This document shows positions 18,515 to 28,152 of a stretch of 60,133 nt of DNA, in pieces. Below the pieces are notes generated by a model. That model did not search any database, was not told the DNA's origin, and worked only from the letters and a program-made list of their open reading frames with translations. Numbering within the stretch: the stretch's first letter is position 1; every line of letters begins with the position of its first letter. The position numbers were made by a program, and so were the translations under genes. The stretch lies in IMG/VR virus record IMGVR_UViG_3300013111_000391, positions 1 through 60,133 of that record. The stretch is one strand, 5' to 3'. The stretch is from a virus (taxonomy: Duplodnaviria; Caudoviricetes).

Positions 18515-19346
18515 TATTTTTTTGAACTCACCTGCTTCATGGAAAAGTGATATAAATTTTTTTGATTCTGTTGAATGTATAAATGCTACAGTGCCTAATT
18601 TTTACGATAACTTTAAAATTAATTTTTACACTCTTGATATTAACGTTCATCGATTGACAGACAACAACATATTTAAATGCGAACCATGGATGTTGTTTTT
18701 CAAATATATTAAAAATGAAAAATATTTTAAGTGCGATTTCAAAATTTCAAATGATGATATTTTGAAAAAATTTGTATCATTAAATTTTAATGTAAACTCA
18801 GATAAAAGTCATAGATTAGAGTTGTTAAAATTTATAGGGAAACACGACATAAACTGTTATTTTAGTAATATAGACAAAAATATCAAATTGACAGAAATAC
18901 CTGAACATTATCCAAATGGATATTTTAAAGGGCGTTATGATTACGGAGTGCCTAAAGAATATTTCTTAGGATTGATAGATATTGTAACCGAAGGTTCAAA
19001 TAATATGTCTACACATTTTTCAGAAAAATCGTTCAAATCTCTTTTTTATAAAAAACCTTTCATCAGTATAGCAGGTCCGTATTGGTATGAAACTTTTAAA
19101 AAATCTGGTTTTGAGTTATACGATGAAATATTCGATTATGCATTTGATGTTGATGAGAATAAAAATACAAGATTAGATGACATATTACTTCAAATAAAAC
19201 ATCTTAATTCATTGAATTATTCTGAATTGAATAATATTATCAAAACTATTCAACCTAAAATAGAGCATAATTTTAATCACTTATATACATTGGATTCTAA
19301 AAATTTAGAAAAGGCACATTTAGATAAAAATATTAAAGAATTATGA
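18492..19346 (+). CDS. Putative glycosyltransferase-like protein (paralog of 10475..11710)
   Basis: IDIVTE...FSEKSFK.....PFI...G...GFELYDEIFDYAFD. Confidence 0.5.
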   Translation: MRHFIVTDIFLNSPASWKSDINFFDSVECINATVPNFYDNFKINFYTLDINVHRLTDNNIFKCEPWMLFFKYIKNEKYFKCDFKISNDDILKKFVSLNFNVNSDKSHRLELLKFIGKHDINCYFSNIDKNIKLTEIPEHYPNGYFKGRYDYGVPKEYFLGLIDIVTEGSNNMSTHFSEKSFKSLFYKKPFISIAGPYWYETFKKSGFELYDEIFDYAFDVDENKNTRLDDILLQIKHLNSLNYSELNNIIKTIQPKIEHNFNHLYTLDSKNLEKAHLDKNIKEL

Positions 19347-20389
19347 TTTATTCTAACAACGATTGGAGTCAATTAAAAGAATGTTTTGTTGGTATTGCTG
19401 ACAACATGGTCCACCCAAAGATGGATTTGTCTGTCATGTCTTTTTCATATGCAGGATATGATTATGAAGAGGTCAAAGAGTTAAAGGGTGCTTATCCACA
19501 ATGGATTATAGATGAGGCAAATGAAGATTTAGATAATTTAAGTTTACAACTTAAAAAATTAGATGTTAAAGTTAGAAGACCTGAAAAAACAAAACATTCT
19601 AAAATATTTTCAAGTCCTGATTGGCAATCTACTGGTTGGTATAATTATTGTCCAAGAGATTTATTATTACCTCTTGACAATCTAATTATAGATTGTCCAT
19701 CCGCAATGAGATCAAGATACTTTGAAACATTTGCATACAGAAAATTTTTGTATAAGCAATTCGATGAGGGTGTTCAATGGATATCAGCCCCAAAACCTAG
19801 ATTATTGGATGATTTATATATATTTAAAGATTTGACAAAACCTACAGTATTAGATAAAGAAATTATTTTCGATGCCGCCAACATTGTGAGAATGGGTAAC
19901 GATTTATTATTTCAGGTTTCAAACTCAGGAACGATAAAAGGTGCGAGATGGCTTGAGAGTATTGTTAAGCCTTTAGGATATAGAGTTCATTTAGCAGATG
20001 GTTTTTATGCATATACACATTTTGATTCTACTGTCATACCGTTGAGACCTGGGCTTGTGTTATTTAATGGTGCAAGATTAAATGAAAACCATTATCCTAA
20101 AATTTTTGAAAAATGGGATAAAATATTTTTTGATGATATAATTGATATAGGTAGTTCTTTACCAAATGGTATTTCACCTTGTTCTCCATACATAGGATTA
20201 AACTTGTTGAGTATTAATGAAGAACTTGTAATTGTCGATGTCAATCAAACGTCTTTAAGAAAAAAATTATCGTCATATGGTATAGAATCGATAGGATTAA
20301 ATATGAGACATGCTAGAACAATATCAGGTGGTTTTCATTGTGTTACATTGGATACACTAAGAGATGGAAAAAGAGAAGACTATTTTTAA
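19343..20389 (+). CDS. Amidinotransferase (second copy)
   Basis: NDWSQLKE, CPRD, FDAAN, HFDST and GGFHCVTLD motifs. Confidence 0.92.
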   Translation: MIYSNNDWSQLKECFVGIADNMVHPKMDLSVMSFSYAGYDYEEVKELKGAYPQWIIDEANEDLDNLSLQLKKLDVKVRRPEKTKHSKIFSSPDWQSTGWYNYCPRDLLLPLDNLIIDCPSAMRSRYFETFAYRKFLYKQFDEGVQWISAPKPRLLDDLYIFKDLTKPTVLDKEIIFDAANIVRMGNDLLFQVSNSGTIKGARWLESIVKPLGYRVHLADGFYAYTHFDSTVIPLRPGLVLFNGARLNENHYPKIFEKWDKIFFDDIIDIGSSLPNGISPCSPYIGLNLLSINEELVIVDVNQTSLRKKLSSYGIESIGLNMRHARTISGGFHCVTLDTLRDGKREDYF

Positions 20390-21188
20390 ATGCTCTGCTT
20401 TATATAATTACACAAATATCAGAAGTGATGATAGAGTTTTTCCATGTTGTCGCTTTAAAAGACCAATTCAAAAATTTGATGGAGACGTAAATGGTGTTTT
20501 GGCTACTAGCGAATATGATGAATTACGTGAAAAATTCAAAATTCAAAAATTACCAGAATGTTCTAAATGTTGGGAAGAGGAAGATAATGGTGTCAAGTCA
20601 CTTAGAGAGGAATTTAATGAGCAATATGATTGTGACGAAATAAAATTAAGACATTTAGAAATAGGATTTGATAATATATGTAATTTGAAATGTGATCCGT
20701 GTTGGGAGGAATGGTCGTATCAATTTAATGGAATTATAAAACATATTAAACCACTAATAAATATTCCTAATCTTGAAAAAGTAACCTTTTTAGGAGGTGA
20801 ACCATTAATGACACAAAAACATTTTCAATTTCTTAAAAAAATTGATAGAGAGAATTTAGAAGTTGTATATGTTACAAATGGCATGTTTAAACCTCATGAG
20901 AGATGGAAAAAAATATGGAGGGAGTGTAAAAATGTAAGTTTTTTAGTCAGTATTGATGGTTTTGACAAACTCAATGAAAAAGTCAGATCTGGTTCTGATT
21001 GGAATACAATAATAAATACTGTAGAAGAGTTAGAAAAAGAATGGTCTGTTACGATTAATACTGTATTACATAAAAATAATGTACATGGTCTGGAAGAATT
21101 AAAGAAATGGGTAGGTAATAGAAAATGGAATGTAAATTTATTAACATACCCAGAACATTTAAAAATTGGAGTAAATAATGTTTCCTAA
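20364..21188 (+). CDS. Radical SAM protein, class A (N-terminal Twitch/SPASM-like domain)
   Basis: C...PCC...CSKC, then CNLKCDPC, GGEP, TNG and SIDG. Confidence 0.88.
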   Translation: MEKEKTIFKCSALYNYTNIRSDDRVFPCCRFKRPIQKFDGDVNGVLATSEYDELREKFKIQKLPECSKCWEEEDNGVKSLREEFNEQYDCDEIKLRHLEIGFDNICNLKCDPCWEEWSYQFNGIIKHIKPLINIPNLEKVTFLGGEPLMTQKHFQFLKKIDRENLEVVYVTNGMFKPHERWKKIWRECKNVSFLVSIDGFDKLNEKVRSGSDWNTIINTVEELEKEWSVTINTVLHKNNVHGLEELKKWVGNRKWNVNLLTYPEHLKIGVNNVS

Positions 21189-21723
21189 AACGATACAGAT
21201 AGAGGCGGAATTATCACATTTGCTTGATGCTAATTATAATGAAGATTATAGTTGTATTACTCATCAGGTACAAGAACAACAAGATGTTCATGACAAATAT
21301 CAATGGAGTGAACGTTATACAAAGAAGAATACGGTCATTAATCAGGAATGGTGGAGTAAAGATGATATTCCAATCGATGATTTAGAGCATCAATTACATA
21401 TGAAAATATTGACAATATCTACAATACGTCAACCTCCTGGACAGGTGATACCTATACATAAAGATATTTTTTATCAAATAAAAAAGAAATATGACGTTAA
21501 AAACGAAATAATTGTAAGAGCAAATATACATTTAAATGATTGGGAACCTGGTCATATGATTCAATATAAGGAAAAAAATGATTGGCATGCCTGGATTAAA
21601 TGGAAAACAAATCAAGGTCTAATGTTTGATGAGAACACTTTACATATTGGAATGAATGGTGGAACAACAGATAAATACACTCTCCAGTTATCAGGATTCT
21701 TTCAAAGACCTGAGAGCAATTAG
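21178..21723 (+). CDS. Cupin / Asp-Asn beta-hydroxylase-like dioxygenase
   Basis: PGQVIPIHKD ... H.G.NGG...KYTLQ (HxD..H). Confidence 0.65.
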   Translation: MFPKTIQIEAELSHLLDANYNEDYSCITHQVQEQQDVHDKYQWSERYTKKNTVINQEWWSKDDIPIDDLEHQLHMKILTISTIRQPPGQVIPIHKDIFYQIKKKYDVKNEIIVRANIHLNDWEPGHMIQYKEKNDWHAWIKWKTNQGLMFDENTLHIGMNGGTTDKYTLQLSGFFQRPESN

Positions 21724-22510
21724 AGATGATGAGCAACAAGAATTTATACAAAGTATAGATTTAAATTCTTATTTGTGGAATGACATTTCAGACGAGTTTT
21801 TAGAGAACTTTACCTCATGGGTAAAGATGTCTAAATTAAATGATTTTTCTAAACTCGATAGTTATCCTCACAAAACTATAACTTGTGGTTCTATACAGGC
21901 ATTTGACCATTGGTACATTTCGCACGGTGGTATGCCTCAAGTTGTAGATGGTGAGTTTATGTATCATAAAGGAGCAAATAAAAATAGCAACCCTTTCTTG
22001 TCAAATAAAAATAGAATTTTGTCAATGCCTTTTACAGGTAACGGACATGTGCATGATGTATATAATGAATGGATTGAATCAGATATTCCATTGATGTTAG
22101 ATTTTTGTCATGCTCCAACATCAAAAGGTTTAGTATTAGATGATAATGATTGTATAAAACAAATTTGTTTTTCAGTTTCTAAAGCATTTTGGGGTGGTGA
22201 ATGGTTGAGAATTGGTGTAAGATATTCAAAACTTGATTACGATGATGGAATTGACATAGCCAATCATGTTAAAATGGTACCTCGTTTAAGTATGGGCGTG
22301 GCTAATGAACTCATAAAAAAATATGAATTCGATAGTGTTTGGAATCGAAATGGTTTTTATTATGATAAAGTTTGTGAAAGATTAAATCTCGAAAAGACAA
22401 ATAATGTCATGTTTGCATTAGGAGGTCCAGAATATGATAATTATAATAGAGCAGGCTATAATCGAATATGTTTAAGTCAAGAAATATATAACGAAAAAAC
22501 TTTAATATGA
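21656..22510 (+). CDS. PLP-dependent aminotransferase-like protein
   Basis: G....FD, S.PF..NG, LD..H and FSVSKAF.....RIG (PLP-lysine) motifs. Confidence 0.6.
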   Translation: MVEQQINTLSSYQDSFKDLRAIRDDEQQEFIQSIDLNSYLWNDISDEFLENFTSWVKMSKLNDFSKLDSYPHKTITCGSIQAFDHWYISHGGMPQVVDGEFMYHKGANKNSNPFLSNKNRILSMPFTGNGHVHDVYNEWIESDIPLMLDFCHAPTSKGLVLDDNDCIKQICFSVSKAFWGGEWLRIGVRYSKLDYDDGIDIANHVKMVPRLSMGVANELIKKYEFDSVWNRNGFYYDKVCERLNLEKTNNVMFALGGPEYDNYNRAGYNRICLSQEIYNEKTLI

Positions 22511-23859
22511 TTAAATGGGGAACTACTTTTGGTTCTCATGATGGAGCATTAGCAGTTTTTGTTGATGATGAACTTGTATTTGCTTCTGATGCAGAACGAT
22601 GGTCGAGAAAGAAAAACGATTCTACAATACCTGACAACCTAATTAAATTTGCAGAAGACAATTGGGGTGTGCCTGATCAGGTACATTTTTACGAAGATTA
22701 TACTCTTAAAACACAACGTAGAGAGTTTGCTGGTCAAAGACCTTTAAAACCAAAACAATTCAAATATAATACAATTGATCATAATCATCACTGGTCTCAT
22801 GCTCGTTATGGTTATTGGACATCTCCGTTTGATGAATGTACAGTTCTTGTTGTTGATGCAATAGGCGAATGGGATACTCTTACACAGTGGAAAGTCAAGA
22901 ATGATTTTGAGTGTGTGAAGAGATGGAAATATCCTAAGTCAATCGGTCTGTTTTATTCTGCAATGACACAGGCGGCTGGATGGAAACCTAATGAAGAAGA
23001 ATATATTCTCATGGGTGCTTCAGCAGTTAAAAAACACAAAATTGAAAATTACAATATTGTCAAAGAATTGTGGGACAATGGTGCAAATTTTCATACAGGA
23101 ATAAATATAAATTTTGATAAGTTTGAGATTGCATCAATCGCACAAGAAATTTACGAAGAAGAGTTTAGAAAGATTATCGATGAGATAGAGGATGATAATC
23201 TTGTATTTGTAGGTGGTTGTGCATTGAATGTGTCCGCAAATCGTTTTCTCACAAAGTTTAATACATTCATACCATGCAATCCAGGTGATGGTGGATCTGC
23301 TATAGGTTGTGTGATTGATAAAAAGATACCTGCAAATGCATATCTAGGTTATGAAATACCTGGTCAATATCCTGTGACAGAAATCATAAAAGAGTTAAAA
23401 GAACGAGGTATTGTAGGTGTTGCTAAAGGAAGAGCAGAATTTGGTCCAAGAGCATTAGGTAACAGATCATTATTAGCAGATCCATCTATTTTCAATATGA
23501 AATATCGTGTTAATTTAGTTAAAGGTCGTGAAGAATTTAGACCATTTGCACCTATGATTTTAAAAGAAGATGCTGATTTATTTTTTGAAGAGGGTATTTC
23601 ATCACCTTTTATGAATACAATTAGAAAAGCAAAACTTATAACATTGAAAAAATATCCGAGCATAGTTCATCTTGACGGTACTTCAAGATTACAAGAAGTG
23701 ACAGAAGAACCACATAGAACATTATTGAAAGAATGGAAAAAAGAAACAGGGTGTTCGATGTTATTAAATACATCTCTAAATGTCAAAGGACAACCTATTA
23801 TAAATAATATATCAGAGGCAAAACAATTTGAATTAAAAACTGGTGTAAAAGTTTTATGA
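22507..23859 (+). CDS. Carbamoyltransferase (NodU/CmcH/TobZ family)
   Basis: HD.A, ER.SR.K, HH.SHA, DAIGE, GGCALN, EFGPRALGNRS, RPFAP and LLNTSLN motifs. Confidence 0.93.
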   Translation: MIKWGTTFGSHDGALAVFVDDELVFASDAERWSRKKNDSTIPDNLIKFAEDNWGVPDQVHFYEDYTLKTQRREFAGQRPLKPKQFKYNTIDHNHHWSHARYGYWTSPFDECTVLVVDAIGEWDTLTQWKVKNDFECVKRWKYPKSIGLFYSAMTQAAGWKPNEEEYILMGASAVKKHKIENYNIVKELWDNGANFHTGININFDKFEIASIAQEIYEEEFRKIIDEIEDDNLVFVGGCALNVSANRFLTKFNTFIPCNPGDGGSAIGCVIDKKIPANAYLGYEIPGQYPVTEIIKELKERGIVGVAKGRAEFGPRALGNRSLLADPSIFNMKYRVNLVKGREEFRPFAPMILKEDADLFFEEGISSPFMNTIRKAKLITLKKYPSIVHLDGTSRLQEVTEEPHRTLLKEWKKETGCSMLLNTSLNVKGQPIINNISEAKQFELKTGVKVL

Positions 23860-24269
23860 TAAAAAAATATCATATAGACATAGACTTTGAGCCTGATTGT
23901 GAACTTACACTTAACGAATGGGGGCAGTGGTCAGCAGTTTTTGACGATGACAACATTAAGAATAAAATAGAAAAATTATTATCTGTTAAAATAATTGGCT
24001 CAACATATGCAGTTTATTTGCCAGGTATGAAACTCGATTTACATTCTGATTATTCTGAATATGGCACTCATATGGATGGTACTTGTGTAGTATTTTTAAA
24101 CACATGCAGTGGCGGTGAACTTATTTTCCCAAATAAAAATATAGAGTTTAAACCCATTAAAGGTGATATGATTGTTTTTCCTGCTACACCTGAATATTCT
24201 CATAAGACAAATGATGTGAAAGGTATGAAAAGAATAATTGTTTGTCCATGGGTTCATATATATAATTGA
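23856..24269 (+). CDS. 2OG-Fe(II) oxygenase (prolyl-hydroxylase-like)
   Basis: LHSD, FLN...GGEL.F, G...FP....H and terminal R motifs. Confidence 0.8.
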   Translation: MIKKYHIDIDFEPDCELTLNEWGQWSAVFDDDNIKNKIEKLLSVKIIGSTYAVYLPGMKLDLHSDYSEYGTHMDGTCVVFLNTCSGGELIFPNKNIEFKPIKGDMIVFPATPEYSHKTNDVKGMKRIIVCPWVHIYN

Positions 24270-24293
24270 AATACAAATTTATTAGGAGATATT

Positions 24294-24977
24294 ATGCACG
24301 GATCATTTCACGGATCATTTAAAAAAATGCTAAAAGAATCAATTCATGAGTCACAAAAGTGCCAGAGAAATTGGGATTTGAGTAAGCAATTGTCCAAAGA
24401 GGATAAAGACCTAATTATAGAATCAGCAACAAATTGTCCTTCAAAGCAAAATTTAAATTATTATAAATTACATATAATAGAAGACCGAGAAAAAATAGAA
24501 AAGATACATCAAAATACAAAAGGTTTTGGACCAATATATTTTGATTATAATTCAGAGAATATGGAAGGTCATTTTAGAAGCGATAGAGGGGAAGAAGGAG
24601 AGTATCATACTAATCCACAAGTTTTGGCAAATTTGCTTTTAATTTTCACTGAAAATAAAGATGATTTATTACAAAGACAGAAGTCGTATACACCCAATAT
24701 ACAGTTTGATGATGAGTGGGCGGAAGATAGGTCTATGGCGATAGGGATTGCCGCTGGATATGTGAACGTAATTGCCACACAATTAGGCTATGCTACTGGA
24801 TGTTGTAAGTGTATGGATTCTGGTGCTATCACAGAAATATTAGGAGAGACGCCAATTTTGTTGATGGGAGTAGGTTTTCCTGACACAAAAAAGAACAGAC
24901 GAGAACATCACTCAGAAAACTTTAAATTTCCAACTTTAAAGAAAATGAAAAATATTGAGACTATTGTACATGCATGA
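24294..24977 (+). CDS. Nitroreductase family protein
   Basis: CQRNWD, A..CPSKQN, GIAAG.....A..LGY.TG and LLMGVG motifs. aggag RBS. Confidence 0.8.
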   Translation: MHGSFHGSFKKMLKESIHESQKCQRNWDLSKQLSKEDKDLIIESATNCPSKQNLNYYKLHIIEDREKIEKIHQNTKGFGPIYFDYNSENMEGHFRSDRGEEGEYHTNPQVLANLLLIFTENKDDLLQRQKSYTPNIQFDDEWAEDRSMAIGIAAGYVNVIATQLGYATGCCKCMDSGAITEILGETPILLMGVGFPDTKKNRREHHSENFKFPTLKKMKNIETIVHA

Positions 24978-25288
24978 TCGTTACAAATAGTATTATTAAA
25001 GTTAAACGTGAATTTAAGTCGAAGGACGAAATAAAAAATTATCTTTATAGTTTTATTCAAAATCATCCTTTTCGACAATACAATCAGAAAATAGCAGATG
25101 AATATGGAGAGCATTTATTCTCTATGACATTTATTCCGTCTGACACAGTTGTATTGACACAAAGATATCCCACACAAGAATTATATTATGAGTCATTACC
25201 ATATAGAAATGACATCATAAGATTTATGAATGAAAAAGATATTATTGATTTTTATAAACCAAGTGATCCAATAAGAATAGAGACATGA
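24974..25288 (+). CDS. Hypothetical protein
   Basis: ORF translationally coupled at both ends (ATGA overlaps). Confidence 0.6.
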   Translation: MIVTNSIIKVKREFKSKDEIKNYLYSFIQNHPFRQYNQKIADEYGEHLFSMTFIPSDTVVLTQRYPTQELYYESLPYRNDIIRFMNEKDIIDFYKPSDPIRIET

Positions 25289-26511
25289 AAATATGCATTA
25301 TCGGAGGCAGTACGGCTGGTTGGTGGTCTGCTGGATATTTTGAAAAACATTTTCCTGATTTCAAAATAACAATTTATGATTCTCCAAATATTCCAGCAGT
25401 AGGAGTAGGTGAATCAACACTTCCACAAATTAAATGGTGGTGGGAAGAATTAGGAATTGAAGAAAAAGATTGGGTCAAAGATTCTAATGCGGTTTTAAAA
25501 TATGGTAATTATAAAGAGGGATGGAATGACCCAAAATATGATAAACCATTTGTGACTCGTTTTTGGTTTAATGATAATAATAAATTTGATCAAATGATGG
25601 CCGATCCTTCAAATTTTGATGATGATGGTAGGATAATTGAAGAAAATTTTTATAGAGAATTTGATAGTCCTGATTCAAGAGCAGATTATGCATATCATGT
25701 TTGTGCAGAATCATCTGCTGAAATAGTAAAACAATCTTGTAAAAGGGTAAAATTTATAGAAGAGGAACGGGATTCATTACCTGAGGGTTTTGATTTGTAT
25801 ATAGATGCAACTGGTTTCAACAGAAGATTTGTAAAAGATTTTACAAAAATGAAAATATCAGATTATCATTTTGTAGATCAGGCCTGGGTATGTCCTATGG
25901 AAAAATCTTTTAATGATGCCGATGTTACAAAATCAATAGCACGAAAATATGGTTGGACCTTTGAGGTAAGTCTTCAAAACCGTGTTGGTATGGGTTATAT
26001 ACATTCATCAAAACATGTTTCAAAAGAAGATGCACTCGTTGAGTTTAGAGAAATATATCTAAACTTGAATAAAAAACCTTTGATTGAGCATGAAAAATTT
26101 ATCAAATGGGAACCTATGATATTACAAAATCCTTGGTCGGATAACGTAGTAGCAATTGGATCATCAGCAGGGTTTGTTGATCCGCTTGAGGCAACTGCAT
26201 TGTTTATGACTCAGAGTGGAATAACCCAATTAGCAAATACGATTAAACGAGGTTATAGTAAAAAATCTTACAATCGAGTCATGAGAAGAATTTGGAATGA
26301 TACCCTGCGTTTTCAATTAGCACATTACACTTTAAGTAGTAGAAAAGATACCCAATTTTGGATAGATTCTCAAAAAGGTGCTGATGAAAAATTTATATGG
26401 AATAATTATCAGAAATATTCTGGATCTTATCAATGGATATTTCCTGATGGGGTATGGGCTCAGATGGGAATATATTTAAACAGAATGGACCATTATGCTC
26501 CTAAACTTTAA
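25285..26511 (+). CDS. Flavin-dependent tryptophan-halogenase-like protein
   Basis: IIGGSTAGW, GVGEST, K.G, IDATGF, GWTF.V and GFVDPLEAT motifs. Confidence 0.85.
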   Translation: MKICIIGGSTAGWWSAGYFEKHFPDFKITIYDSPNIPAVGVGESTLPQIKWWWEELGIEEKDWVKDSNAVLKYGNYKEGWNDPKYDKPFVTRFWFNDNNKFDQMMADPSNFDDDGRIIEENFYREFDSPDSRADYAYHVCAESSAEIVKQSCKRVKFIEEERDSLPEGFDLYIDATGFNRRFVKDFTKMKISDYHFVDQAWVCPMEKSFNDADVTKSIARKYGWTFEVSLQNRVGMGYIHSSKHVSKEDALVEFREIYLNLNKKPLIEHEKFIKWEPMILQNPWSDNVVAIGSSAGFVDPLEATALFMTQSGITQLANTIKRGYSKKSYNRVMRRIWNDTLRFQLAHYTLSSRKDTQFWIDSQKGADEKFIWNNYQKYSGSYQWIFPDGVWAQMGIYLNRMDHYAPKL

Positions 26512-26698
26512 TCATTTAAAAGAAGCGAATTCGAATTATTGGCATCACTTTAAATATTCTGGATTATGCACGTTATATGCAGGAGCGGTTTTCGTATTAG
26601 GTATTATACATACAATTTTTCCATTCATTGGTGATTGGTATGCTATTAAATTGACTAAAAAAATTGTTGAGACAACTGATGAGCAATTTAAACATTGA
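26495..26698 (+). CDS. Small membrane protein (DUF6356-like)
   Basis: HL.E....YW.H...........IH.IFPF motif. Confidence 0.65.
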   Translation: MLLNFNHLKEANSNYWHHFKYSGLCTLYAGAVFVLGIIHTIFPFIGDWYAIKLTKKIVETTDEQFKH

Positions 26699-27638
26699 AT
26701 GTATTGATTATAAAGAAGAGACTGAAGATATAATTCGAAAATTTAATCATAAAGAAGATTTTGTATATCATACTTCAGGCTCAACTGGAACACCTAAAAA
26801 AATAGTTCATTCATATGAACTTATCAAACAAGTTGCAGAAGAAAACTGTAGATACAATAATTATGTAAAAGATGATTACATAGTCAATGCATCTCTTCCT
26901 GCCGCCTCGATTGGCTATCCTGTATTGTCTGTATTACCTGCTTATATATCTGGATGTAAGTTGAGAGTGAAGGCATTTAATCCATATGAATATCTTGATG
27001 AAATAAAAGATGCCACTCATGCATTCATTCTACCGGCAGTTTATAGAGTGCTAAAGAAAACGAAAAAATGGATTGATTTTAATTTTACAGGTAAGACGAT
27101 ATCTTCTGGTGCAGATATAGTACCTGAAGGAATAAAAAAAGATGTTTTATCTAAAGGTGCAATTAAATTTCATCACTTATATGGTTCTACTGAAGTGCCA
27201 CCTGCAATATCTGATTCTGAAGATGAAGAACGTATTGGCGAAAAATTATCACCTCTAATAGATTATTACATAAAAAACGAAGAATTGTTTATTAAATGGA
27301 AGTTACAAGAATCTTTTTGGCAATCTGGTGACATGGTGACTGAAGATTTGAAAGTCACAGGAAGAAAGAAAAATATACTAGCACTTAATTGCTCTCGTTT
27401 ACAACCTGAAACTATTGAAAGATATGTTTTGGATAACACAAGTGTAAATCGGTGTATGCTCACAATTAAAAATGACAAAGTATGGTTGTATTATGATGGA
27501 GATGAAGAGCCATACATTGTCAAAGAAAAAGTAGAAGAATGGTATATTGACTCGCCTGTAACTATTAAAAGGGTCGATAAAATACAAGTTAATAAAATGA
27601 ATAAATTGATTCGTACCGCAAATTATGATTACAGTTAG
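26679..27638 (+). CDS. Compact AMP-binding (ANL, acyl-CoA synthetase-like) enzyme
   Basis: TSGSTGTPK (A3), YGSTE (A5), SGD (A7), GR (A8) and terminal K motifs. Confidence 0.85.
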   Translation: MSNLNIECIDYKEETEDIIRKFNHKEDFVYHTSGSTGTPKKIVHSYELIKQVAEENCRYNNYVKDDYIVNASLPAASIGYPVLSVLPAYISGCKLRVKAFNPYEYLDEIKDATHAFILPAVYRVLKKTKKWIDFNFTGKTISSGADIVPEGIKKDVLSKGAIKFHHLYGSTEVPPAISDSEDEERIGEKLSPLIDYYIKNEELFIKWKLQESFWQSGDMVTEDLKVTGRKKNILALNCSRLQPETIERYVLDNTSVNRCMLTIKNDKVWLYYDGDEEPYIVKEKVEEWYIDSPVTIKRVDKIQVNKMNKLIRTANYDYS

Positions 27639-28152
27639 AGACTTTAGGTACACAGATTATAAACTCATTCAAGAACTTATACCTGAATTTAAAAAACGAA
27701 GACTGAATTATGATATTGATTATATAAACATTGAAAAAATGTTGAGGTGCTTGATGTTTTTTAATAATGAAAAATTGGCGATGATCTCAGGTATTGATGA
27801 TATAAGTGAGTTTGTACCAAATACATTCAGAATTTTGACTAAAGCAATAACCACTAAACATAGTCCTAAATGTTGGGGTGAATATTTTGAAGAGAAATTA
27901 TTTTCAAATGTAATGGCAGGTATTTCAATAAAATACTGTCATGAAATAAATGATTCTAAGGATATAGTCATTACAACCAATTATAATTCTCGAATTGACT
28001 TATCTGTTAAGAAATCAAAACGACAATGGCTGATACCTAGAAATATTGTGAATATTTATGATAAGAAACAGTCAGTATGGGATATAGATATAATAAAATG
28101 TAAGAAAATGACAGAAAAATGGTGTAACAAATTAAATGTCAAAAGATTATAA
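27625..28152 (+). CDS. Hypothetical protein (possibly GNAT-like fold)
   Basis: Coupled ORF. The fold guess is weak. Confidence 0.45.
   Translation: MITVRDFRYTDYKLIQELIPEFKKRRLNYDIDYINIEKMLRCLMFFNNEKLAMISGIDDISEFVPNTFRILTKAITTKHSPKCWGEYFEEKLFSNVMAGISIKYCHEINDSKDIVITTNYNSRIDLSVKKSKRQWLIPRNIVNIYDKKQSVWDIDIIKCKKMTEKWCNKLNVKRL

Noticed and set aside
15122-23859. Saxitoxin or streptomycin gene cluster
   Set aside because: It shares enzyme families (amidinotransferase, carbamoyltransferase, GDSL, SDR) but has no SxtA-like PKS and no complete str gene set. The resemblance is family-level only.
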